From contig NC_134030.1 in NCBI RefSeq assembly GCF_964204645.1, positions 11,801,947 to 11,865,946 on the forward strand: a DNA stretch of 64,000 bases, in the 5' to 3' direction. Origin of the DNA: Tubulanus polymorphus. Its lineage: Eukaryota; Animalia; Nemertea. The notes beneath the pieces were generated by a model. That model made no database searches and was not told the DNA's origin. It saw nothing but the letters and a program-made list of their open reading frames with translations. The translations under genes were made by a program, and so were the position numbers. The stretch's first letter is position 1; each line of letters begins with the position of its first letter. Positions 1 through 11,600 of the stretch are shown one piece after another.

Positions 1-20
1 TGGTGACCATATAGAATAAC

Positions 21-366
21 TAAGGCTAAAAAAAATTGATACCTTGTTTCTCCGCTCTGCTGAGCTTAAATGTTGACCCGGCCGGCCGCCTATCTACTTT
101 ATACATTACTTTTTTAAAAATCGTGATCAATTTTACCATAACAGACCCGGCCGCTATAGAAATGAACTGTTTACAAAATTTATTATATATTAATTAAATA
201 TGCCGGCCACCTATCTACCCTATACATTACTTTTTTTTAAATCGTGATCAATTTTACCATAACAGACCCGGCCGCTATAGAAATGAACTGTTTATAAATT
301 TCATCATATTTTACAAAAATGACCCGGCCGCTGCGGAGAAACAAGGTATCATTTTTGTTTAGCCTA
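21..366. mobile_element. MITE with ~35-bp TIRs and an internal ~115-bp direct duplication
   Basis: AAGGCTAAA..TGATACCTTGTTTCTCCGC at the left end and GCGGAGAAACAAGGTATCA..TTTAGCCT at the right end; diverged sister copy at ~52702-52920. Confidence 0.75.
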
Positions 367-1069
367 ACTAAAAAGTTTGTAGGCCTATTGTACGATTTTC
401 TATAGGCCTGAATGTATATATTTACTCGATTTTATATAAGGTTAAGAAGCAATGTATATGCACTGGTGTTTATAGTGCTCTATTTCAGGTTTTCTCTTTC
501 AGGAAAATATATTTTGTGAATAGATTACCGCTTGATTTTTTATGTTACAGGTTACTGCAAAATCATCAGTTATTGTGATGCGTGCCGATGTCTCTGGATG
601 ATTCTGACCATGTCTAGAACTTCAACATCCTTGACTTATCATCAATTGGCAGCAGTATACATACATGCATGTTCAGAGAGTGTATGAAGAGAGTGTATGG
701 ACACATCAACCTCGGTTCAAGGCTGTCCCTGATTAAATTGTATAATCCATATAGATTGGTCCCATTTTAACTTACTCAACCGCTTGAATGTCTTGTTTGT
801 TATTCGTAAATTTTCACTTATTCATTGATTGTTTCTGTAGAATTTTATATGTGATATATAAACGTGGAAACCAGGGCCCATTGCACTAAGAAAGACACTT
901 GACATTTTTTTGGGACAGATCTTTCTATATGTTTATGTCCTCGAGGCATCTGAAGTTAAGAAAATTCCCTTTGAAAACTGGAAATGACATAATGAAATAA
1001 GTTGTGGAATGTTTAAATTCGACAAAATGAATGTATTTTGCATTCCTAAGGCCCTATATATTTACTGCA

Positions 1070-1372
1070 GTTAGTCCTGTATGTCTTTTTTATCGCAATT
1101 TACTGTGGTTTATTCCTGTTTGTCCTGTATGTCTTTGTGATCGCGATCGCAATTCATTGGTTGCATTGTTTACTGTTAGTCCTGTATGTCTATCGCAATT
1201 AAGTTAGTCCTGTATGTCCTGTATGTCTTAGTTAATCGCAATTCATTGGTTGAATTGTCTACTGTTAAAGCTGTATGTTCTGTATCTCTATCGCAATTTC
1301 ATTGGTTGCATTGTTTACTGTTAAAGCTGTATGTTCTGTATCTCTATCGCAATTTCATTGGTTGAATTGTTA
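1070..1372. repeat. Degenerate ~57-60-bp minisatellite
   Basis: Repeated ATCGCAATTTCATTGGTTG(C/A)ATTGTTTACTGTTA..CTGTATGT units. Confidence 0.8.
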
Positions 1373-1521
1373 ACAGACCTCTGTATGTACATGTAAAAAT
1401 AATTAAGGTTCTGACAACAGGTTTGTAAAGTAATCAGCTATCTGTTTTGTCTATCGTTGCTTAAATTGTTAACTGTTGTTTTAGAGTTCTGTATGTCTTT
1501 GTCGATCATTTTGTCTGCACT

Positions 1522-1763
1522 CAGGGGCGGATCCAGCATTTTGAAGGGGGGGGGGGCAAATGAAAGCAACAACAGATGGCTATAAGCCATTCCAGAGCAA
1601 GCACCGATAACGCGAAGACCCTCCCTAAAAAATTTTTGGAAAAATAGATGCAAGCAGGTGCATTCTGAGCATTACTCAATAGAAAGATTTCATTCGGTTT
1701 TTAGTCAGTAACGCATAGATTTGCGGCTACATCGGTAAAAATAGAGGGTCGGATCCGCCACTG
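1522..1763. mobile_element. MITE with CAGGGGCGGATCC...GGATCCGCCACTG termini
   Basis: Short TIRs; related termini at ~8750-8925, ~15735-15745 and ~18579-18591. Confidence 0.6.
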
Positions 1764-2413
1764 AATAGCTATTGTTTTGTGTAGGATTGTATCTGTGAAT
1801 TAAGTAAAGTTACTTACTCCAGTCTGATGTTATTGCTTATTGCTCGTATTTTATTGTTTTAAGTGTGCGAATATTTTTCCTAGATTTATGGAGATCAGGA
1901 TGACGAGGGTTCAATTTGAACCAACAAATAAACAAAAACATTCAAACCTCAAATTAATCCGTTTACTTGTCTTTATTTTTGGGGAACATTTTTTACCTAG
2001 TTCAAATTTGATAACACAGTAGTCGCTTGTTCCAAAGCGATGTGCCGTTGAAGACAGACCTGAAGGTCTTTGCCGACAGCGATGCTATCCAGGATTTCAA
2101 AGGATGTGAAGAAGGTGCATCTTCGACAACCATGTTTGCAGTTTTAACAATTTAAAACAATAGATTCATTAACAACTTAAAATTTAAAGGTTTAGTGGAC
2201 TCATGTTTAACCAGGGCAGGGATTTCTCGCAACCGTACATGATATATACATACACTAGCAGTAAATACAATGTACTTCTAACCCTTATAAAACTTAAACT
2301 ATTATTAGTTATTTTACAATTATTAAATGGCAACGTTTAAATGCGATGTGCGCTCAGAGCGGCCGTAGTGATTTTGGCGTATTGTGGGATTCGAACCGCT
2401 CGGAATTTGTACT

Positions 2414-2425
2414 AGTGACGTCACT
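2414..2425. promoter_or_regulatory. CRE/ATF palindrome AGTGACGTCACT upstream of HRG1
   Basis: Perfect 12-bp palindrome containing TGACGTCA, ~180 bp before the HRG1 ATG; function is inferred. Confidence 0.4.
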
Positions 2426-2602
2426 CGCCATCGACCAAAACAGGCTTTCAACCTTTTGCATATTAAGCGTCATTAAACTTCTCAACTTTGGACGTTATTA
2501 ACAACGAGTCGTTGTTATCTGGTTATGCAACAAAGTAAACTATTCATTTGAAAAGACAATCGCGTCTAGAAAAGGTGTTGAGATAAGGTCGGGGCCATCA
2601 AT

Positions 2603-5600
2603 ATGGTGGATGTTGCACCGTCGCTCTGTCGAGTGAAAGTTCACTTGACTTTAGCTGTGACGGGAATCGTAATTGGAATCTCGTCATTTTTAGTTTTTGG
2701 ACTCAAATTCCAAAATTGGCACGCTGGATCATGGGGCTTGGTATCAGGTAAACTCACAGTAACATTGTAGGCCTATTTCATTTTTAAAATCATTAATCAA
2801 CCATCCACAGAGTACTGTTTGTCACAGGGGTTTGGCGATGGGCTTGGATTCTGTTTCCGGGTTGTTGATAATCTCGGAAGAATGGGGCTAAATATGAACT
2901 GCGAAGTAATTTAAAATATCACGGAAATACCTTGTGTTTATATTGTTTATTTATCCGCTATGAAGTTCCGATAGAAAATTGGTCGTTGAGGACCATTATC
3001 AGACGGTTGCGACGCTTTACTATAATATAAAATCACAAGGGATGAAACCCTTCAAGTCGTGCCAGCCTGAAAGTTGGGACAGTCACGTGACTTAAAGCTT
3101 CTTATTTGACTGAATGTGAACCTGAAGCATCTAAGATGGAAACTATGATACGAAAAATATTCAAGAATAACTTGCATTCAAATGCATTTTTTGTCTATGA
3201 ATTATATATTTGATCATAATTTATTCTTTATAAGTAGCCTAATTAATTTCATATGAATCATAATCTGACAATTGATATCGGTCTGTGAATATGTTAACTT
3301 TTCATGTTGAAGTTTTAAATGTGATGACATCATCAGAATGTCACATGACTGTCCCAACTTTCTGGCTGAAAATTTAAGTACAGCGGAGGCCTGGCATTTC
3401 ATCCCTTGTGATTTTATATAAAGCGTCACGACCGTCTGATAATGATCCTTAACAACCAATTTTTTATCGGAACTTTATAGCGGATGAATAAACAATATAA
3501 ACACAAAGTATTTCCGTGATATTTTGAATTTATTCGAAGTTCATATTTAGCGCCATAATCGCGAGATCATTAACAACCCGGATATAGAGTCCAAGCCCAT
3601 CGCCAAACCCCTGTGCTGTTTGTGTGGTTTTTTGTTAGACAGTCAGGAACACTTTCCAAAAACGGCTTATTCTGCCAATTTCGGCGTTTTCCGCCAATAA
3701 CGGCAGAATTAGCCATTTATGGATCACTCAGATTTGAAACTTTCACAGTTGTTAATGACTTACTCTAGTCTAGTACCTAGCCGTTGTTCCTCAAACAACG
3801 TTTAGGGCGAAAGTGCTCATATAAGGTTAATTTTCGTCCCTCATTTCGAGGGATGAGGCTTTGAGTGTCTATTTCACCCCTGAAAACACCATCAACTTAC
3901 CTCAAACTGACTGTTCTGTAAGCAGATGGAAGTTAACTATTGTTTGTGCATAAATTTGTAATCCTAAGTAGCTTTTGACGATTGTAGTAGCTCAAAACTT
4001 TTGACTAGTCGCCTCAAAAAAACAGTTGAAGTGAAGCAACATACCGTAACAAATATGGCGGCGTTTCGAGGTGCATGATGGGAGTGTAAATTACGGATTC
4101 GGACTTAAACTTGGACTGACATTGATGCCAATGCAGATATTATTCTTGTTTCAAATTCTTAAGGTTAAAATTGACCAAAATTTAAGCGTTTTATCAACAA
4201 AAAATAACATTTAGAGTAATTTTAGAGAGACATATTGAATTTTCACATTTTATTAATTTCGTCCGTATTGGAAATCCCGATAGTGGCAAGCAATTCAAAT
4301 CAAATCAATAAATTCTCCGGTTCGCGTTTTTAATCATCAAAAATTTTATTATCAAACACATTTTCAAAGTCAACAAGGTAACTAATTAATTCATTATAGT
4401 ACAAAGGTTTGAATGTTGATTTGACACTTAAATCAGTTGTTGCATTGCAATCAACAGGAGTTAACCTCTATATGATACTTTAGCGTCAGACGTTGTAAGG
4501 AACTGTAACAACGACTGGTATTCAGACTAGGCTTAATCGGCCAGTTACAGCTCACTAAGTTTTCAAGTTTTTCGTGCACTTGCGGTTCAATTAGCGCATG
4601 TTGCCGATTACGTCATAATCTCGAGCAGACGATAAGCTTTCATATGACGCTAGGATGGAAATTTTTGAGCTAGGTAAAGTGGTCAAATTTACGTTTTTCT
4701 AAATGATTACGTCATATAAAGCCCAAAAACTCAGGGAAACTCTCAAAACTACTACAGCATGAAACAAAGTTATTAATCATGATTTTTGTTAAGAATAAAT
4801 GTGGGAACTAGTTTTAAAAACTATTATAAAGTTTTCAAGTAAACGTTGCCATGGGTACACATAAAAACATTCGCTATTTCTGGGGTATTCCTCCGTTTAT
4901 GGTGTAGTTTGTTTTATAACCATAAACTATTACGCCATTATTGGCAGTCAACTTGTTATATATGAGGATTCCCCCACCCACTTAGACGTTTTCCCTAGTG
5001 TCTACGCGGTACTTTTTTTGGAATAAAATAATTGATTTGCTGAGGTGAACGGATGTGTAAATATATGTTAAAAATAAAATTATTATTATTATTATCATTG
5101 TCATAAGACAAATCAAACTAGTGTATCAAAAATCTAGTTAATAAGTGTTGCCCATGGTCTATCTTATAATAATAAATATAAAATAATAAAGCATTAATAA
5201 ATATAATAATAATAAAGCATAGAATGGTTGAGGGATATATTGGACTGCATAAGATGTTGGTTAATTGAAGGTAATTAACATCATGGATGCCTCCCAGCTA
5301 ATTGGACTTGTGATGGGTAGTGATTGAATGAATTGATGGCCCATGACAGTACAACACTCAAAATCAATACAGCAGTATCTAGATTCATTTCAAAATACAA
5401 CAAACGTTTTCGAAACAATTTGGGATACATGTATGTATATATTTATTACATAGAAAACAGGTATACAGAAAGAAAAGAATTTCAATACAGTTGCCATCGG
5501 AAATTCTGTACATTTATATTTAATTCTTTCTTGAAGCCTGGAATGGATCAATGAGATTAATTTTTCGGCGCAAATATACAAATGTATGCCAGCAGAAAAG

Positions 5601-8600
5601 CAATGATGTCATAATAGGGACTCCCATTGAAGTAAGCACTATTAATAGCACCTGTAAACTATCTAAGCTAAAAACGCTGTTTCTAGCAATGTAGTTTTAA
5701 AAACTGTAACAGCTGAAAAAGGCGGAAATGGTGTTATTTAAGAAAAGCCAAAAATGGCAGGAAACGCCGATTTCAGCTAAATCGGCAGAAGCAGTTTAAA
5801 ACTGAGTAATCCATAAACGGCTGATTCTGCCGTTATTGGCGGAAAACGCCGTTATTGGCGGAAAACGCCGAAATTGGCAGAATAAGCCATTTTTGGAAAG
5901 TGTTCCTGACTGTTAGAGGCCTACATGATCAGATGATAGGCTGATGACGATGTTGCATTATTTAGTTTCGCCCTAGTCTGAATACGAGTCGTTGATACAA
6001 TTCCCTCTAATAACGTCTGACGGAAAAGTGCGATATAAAGGTTAACTCATGTTTTTTGCAATGCAACAACTGATTTTAGTGTCAAATCAAACCTTTGTAC
6101 TTAAATTAGATAATTAGTTACCTTGTTGACTTTGAAAACTTGTTTTATAATGGTCCTCCTTATCACCGAGATGACGTAGTTTCCCTAGATGAACTGAGAT
6201 GAACTGAGATGAACCAAGATGAACCGAGATGACATGAAATATAACATATTTATTTATTCCTTATCGATTTTAACACTTGAAATCATATTATATCAGTAAT
6301 AAATGCCTGCTAGCGTCATATTTTACATATTTTGTCAGATATTTTTCAAGAAAAATAACTTTTAACTTCACTGAGATGAGATCGTCGATCACACGTATTT
6401 GAAGTCAAATTTTTTTAAACAAAATATCCGGAAAAATATGTATAATATGACTTTAAAAGGTATTTACTTCTGATATAACATGATTTCAAGTGTTAAAATC
6501 GATAAGGAATAAATGAATATGTTGTAGGCCTGCTATTTCATGTGATCTTGATCTCGGTTCATCTCGGTAATAAGGAGGACCCTTTTATAAATACGAAGTG
6601 GATATTTAACTGTATACGGCAAAGTGTTTACTTCCGCTATTTTACCGAACATTATTACTATATATATAGTATTAACTAATAAAATAACAATAAAATCATT
6701 ATATTGGGTTTAGGGTAAGGGTTTCGGGTTTAGGATAGGGTGAAGTACTATAGATAGTTAAAACATTTGATTGGTTTTCAGCGAGCTCGGTGGTCTAGTG
6801 GTATGACGCTGTGCTAGTTATTTACTGGCCCGGGTTCGAGTCTCGCTCTATCAGGTCTATTTCCTCTAACCCTATTCTCCACACTATCCTTGAATCTTCT
6901 AAGTCGCGCACCTCTGTGCGCATGCGTGGTGTGAATCAGCCGATCAGCGATGATGTAAAATAGCGGAAATAAATACTCAGCCGTATGCAGTAAGATATCC
7001 ACTGCGTTTATAATAATATTTTAGATAGTATTTTATTTTAAATCGGGAACAGGAGAATTCATTGATTTGATATGAATTGAATTTATTGCCACAATCGGGA
7101 TTTCCAATACGGACGAAATTAATAAGATGTGAAAATTCAATAGGCATACGTCTCTCTAAAATTACTCTAAATGTTATTTTTTGTTGATAAAAAGCATTGA
7201 TTTTGGTGAATTTCACCTTAAGAATTTGAAACTAGAATAATATTTGCATTGGCATCAATGTCAGTCCAAGTTCAAGTCCAAATCTGTAATTTATCCTCCA
7301 ATCATGCAACATGAAAAGCCGCCATATTTGTTATGTTGCTTCACTTCAACCATTTTTTGAGGCGACTAGTCAAAAGTTTTGAGTTACAACGATCGTTAAA
7401 AGCTATTTAGGATTATAAATTTATGCCCAAACAATAGTTTATTTCCATCGGATTGCAGAACAGTCAGTTTGAGGTAAGTTGATAGTGTTTTAAGGGGTGA
7501 AATAGACTCTCAAATTAACCTGATATGAGCACTTTTGACCTACACGTTGTTTGTGGAACGATGGCTAGGTACTAGACTAGATTTGCTCTGCAGTCTGTCG
7601 AGTGAAAGTTCACTCGATTTTAGCTGTCACTGGAATCATTATTGGCATTTTTACAAATGTGGCGGTATAACGAAATATTGATCATGAGAGTTGACATATA
7701 AAGCATAGCTATTGACCAAATCCAGAATTGACATGGGACAGTAGACTCTGGTTGCCTCGGAGCCGACCATCGCGGATAAAAAATAAATACCCTTTTTTCT
7801 GTAACACATTCTCAATTAAAATATATCGCTTTGCTCAGAGCCGATCGGGTTGGATTATCGTTCAATGCGGAGGTTTTTACTGGAACAAACAATCTCTTTA
7901 ACGCCCACCTTGGACACTGAGAGTGCTTTGTAAAATCGGGTTTTGTCAACGGTCTGGCCGATCGATAATCATTCGTATGCTTAATACACTACGCTCAAAG
8001 CTATTTTTAGCACACTCAAACGCCCGTAATTTCACTACTAATGGGCGAATTGAACAGATTAAGCAAAAATATATTTCGTCATTTGTTCTTATTTATGGTG
8101 CGAAAAGTTTTCATATTTAATTAATTAAATTAATTAAAAAGTGTCAAAAATTCGATTTATTTGAGCAATCTTATGTGATTTATTTATCCTTATGTCTTAC
8201 CTCTTCGCTACCATGCGTGACGTATATTTACGTCGCAAATAATGACCTTCTCTCACCATGTGCGACGTATATTTACGTCCCAAATATATTCATTTACTAC
8301 AATTGCTGGTGTGGTGAGTCACTACGCCGCTGGTGTATAGACGTACTAAATGATCGTCTGCTTCAATTTAGTTACACTATTTATTCATAGATGGCGAATC
8401 AGTGCCTCAAATACTGAACTGAATTGAAACTAAATATGAATATGGGAAAATGCTCTGGTGAGGGGCGTTACATTACCTATGGTAGCGAAGAGGTTAAGGA
8501 TAAGAAAGAAAATCTGTTGGCCAAAATTCCGTTTATTGACGATAAAAATCACAATAATCATATCATTCAAATACAGGTAATTCATTGAGTGTATTCACCC

Positions 8601-11600
8601 TTTCAGTGCTGACTAATCAATACCCTATAGTGCTGGAGATAATTTGAAAATTTTGAAAAATTCCACCCTACTGTGTTGAATAATGGGAATACCACTATAG
8701 TGCGTATACACCGCAGCGCGGTATATCGTTAGTTACTAATATTTCATACGGGCGGATTCAAAATTTCAAGGTGCCCTAAACAAATTTTTTTTTCAATTTT
8801 CTATTCAAGGAAAATTCTTTATAGAACTAAACCATCCGTAAATCAGTTCTTAGAGTGCCCTTATCAAAATGTGCCCTAACTTTACCTGCTCCCCATCCTT
8901 AATTAAACCCTAGATCCGCCCCTGTTTCACTATGTTTGACAAGTGCTGCCATCTTTCAATAGAGATAAAAACTTATTACATCAATACACCGCAGTGCGGT
9001 GTACTAGCAAAATCCATCACTGAAAGGGTTAAGCCTTTTTACACTATTCTATAAGAATAACTTTTTTATAATGGTGAACATCAATCTGGTCGGACATCGT
9101 TTACCTCAGATAATTTCCCATGGTCCCCAGAGATCTGAGGTAACCGGAGTCTTCTGTACATAGCCTAGGCCTTTTTTTAATAGCTTGGTTTACAGGGTAG
9201 ACCTATAAAAATATTATTTTGGGAGGAAATAAAAATTTTAAAGAAATTCCCTCAGTGAGATAAAATCACTTTTTGATGGAATATATAGGCCTACATATGT
9301 CCAAACAAATGATTCTTGGAAAGTTCGAATTCTGCACACTGTGATCAAAAAAGAACCTCACGTTTTTCAATATTTTTTCATCATTCAAGCCAGGATTCTC
9401 CTTCCGCGGAGGTGAAAAATTGTTTCTTTTTGTTCGTTTTTTCAATGAAATTGTCCACAGATGGAAATAGAATTTAAAAAATTTTTTTTTACATTTGACT
9501 TATTTTCAAATTTAGGGAGGCGGTTCCGTAAACCAAGCTATTAAAAATAGGCCCTATGACTATGTATATTGCCCTTGACGGTTCCCTCTTCCTTCACAAA
9601 TGATTTCATCTCACTAAGGGAATTTTTTATTTCCTCCGAAACTATGTCTGAATAGGTCTTCTCCGCGAACCAAGCTATTGAAAAAACACTGATTTGTGCA
9701 TAACATATAGGCCTAGCCTACCAGTTGTACAAAGAAACCGAGCATGGGCTGATTTCACATCAAGCCTTTTTATATTGTTTCAGGTGTTTTTGCAACTCTG
9801 ACATTGTATGTCCATATACAGTACATGAGGGAGATCTGGAAAACATGGACATACCGTTTGAAATACTTCATCATAATTGGTTGTTCTTGTATGCTTGTTG
9901 CAATTGTTGGATTTGTTGCATATGTTACTCTTGGAGCTGTATTCCATCAAGGTGAGTAAACACGTTTGCGGTGCAGGCCGATGTGGGGAATTCTGAAGGT
10001 TAAGAACCCCTGGAATCCCTTTGGTATATAACGTACTACGCATTATGGACCTTTGTCAAAAGAGTATGATCTGTGTACAGTATAACCTCTCTATAGTGAA
10101 CGCTTGGAGTTCCGGAAAAAATGTTCACTATAGAGAGGAGTTCACTAAATAGAGGTAGCACATATTTGTGTCACGCCACCTACCAGCAGTTAGAGTAACT
10201 ACTCCCATAGTGAGAAATTAGTCTATTCATCAACTAATTCAAAATGATCAAAGGATAGTCATTACTTAATTACTTAACTCTCCCGCTACACGGGATTAAA
10301 CCATCATCACCTAACACCAAACCTAGTTGGTTTACAAGTGAAGGTCGTTTAGAATAGGTGTATTTATTGCTCAATTTCTCGTTCCTAGGAATTTTATCAC
10401 TTCACAATAGTAATTGTTTTGAATGGATTTAATCCACGTGATCTCTGCATTGTTTATATCCCGGGCTGTCAAAACATCATGGCCGCTTTCCGAAGGTCTG
10501 AATGCAAGTGTAACTAAAGCCGTTAGTTATTAGTATGAACCGCATCCGGAGACATCAATTACCTCCGATATATCTGCTTCCGGTTGCTGGACTTTCACAC
10601 AAAATTCGTTATCCGCTTCTACGCTGGCAGCAAGTATAGTAGAAAAGTTCTTGGTACCAACTGAGGTTATTGGCCATGCCTCTTCGTCTAAACATAGCCA
10701 CGCTGGACCTTTAATCCAGTCTGATCTACAAAGCTCATCGTAAGTGGCTCCGCATGATAGGATATCTGCTGTTTTTTCTTTAGAAGCCACGTGGTACCAG
10801 TTGCCGACATCACTGCAACCTTTTATCGAATCCACACGATTCTGTACGAATTGTTTTAATTTCTTATTCGATCGTAACCAATATAACACTACCGTATTTT
10901 CCGGCCAATAAGCCGAGGGCAGTTTTTTAGCCTAAAATACATGGATTTCATAAAGCTTCGCCCAATAAGCCGAGGCCCTTCATCAGAGATTTTAATTCAC
11001 TGATTTGTCAATTAGTTCGTCTTAATTGACGATTTAAGAGGCTGACAGTAGCGCCCGCCGATGTGTGAGAGTGGTGTGTATACTATCATCGCCGAGTGAC
11101 TGTGCTATATATAGACTCACTCAGCTGATTACTATACACACAGCCATACACGCAGTACGCGGCTCACTGCTGATTTGCATATATACTAATGTATGAACTG
11201 ACACGTGGTAGTACGATGAACTCGCACGTTATATAAATGTATACCATTGCCGCTGTGCTTCAGCAACAGCTCATTTAAGTTGTTCATAAGGTTGGGGCCC
11301 TCATATGAACACAAATTGAGGCTCGGCGACCCACTGCTGGAGTCGAAAACAATGTGCAGGGGTGTGGTTTCACTGTCCTTGAAAACGCAAAAATGGGGTA
11401 CCTAAATAGTAGCAGTCCGCCTCCACGAGGGCGATGTCCGGGTTTTTAACTGGCGAAACGTAACGTTTCGCAATGTTATCCACCATAACATTCAAGTACG
11501 CATCTGTCAAATTCGCTGTCCTCTCAATGCATCGTGGGTGAAGGTGTGTTGATTCGCGTGACATACATAGCAAGCCAGTTTCTTAGTGCAATCGCGAGAA

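Larger units (their letters stand above)
5973..7580 (-). mobile_element. Inverted copy 2 of the CTAGTCT element, interrupted by two nested MITEs
   Basis: Reverse-complement match to 3765-4530 on both sides of insertions at 6152-6581 and 6593-7007. Confidence 0.75.

Noticed and set aside
2002-2133. Short minus-strand ORF (MVVEDAPSSHPLKSW...) head-to-head with HRG1
   Set aside because: No recognisable homology and no consistent downstream exon
6783-6850. Possible tRNA gene
   Set aside because: A and B boxes are present but the anticodon and acceptor stems do not pair; it sits inside a MITE
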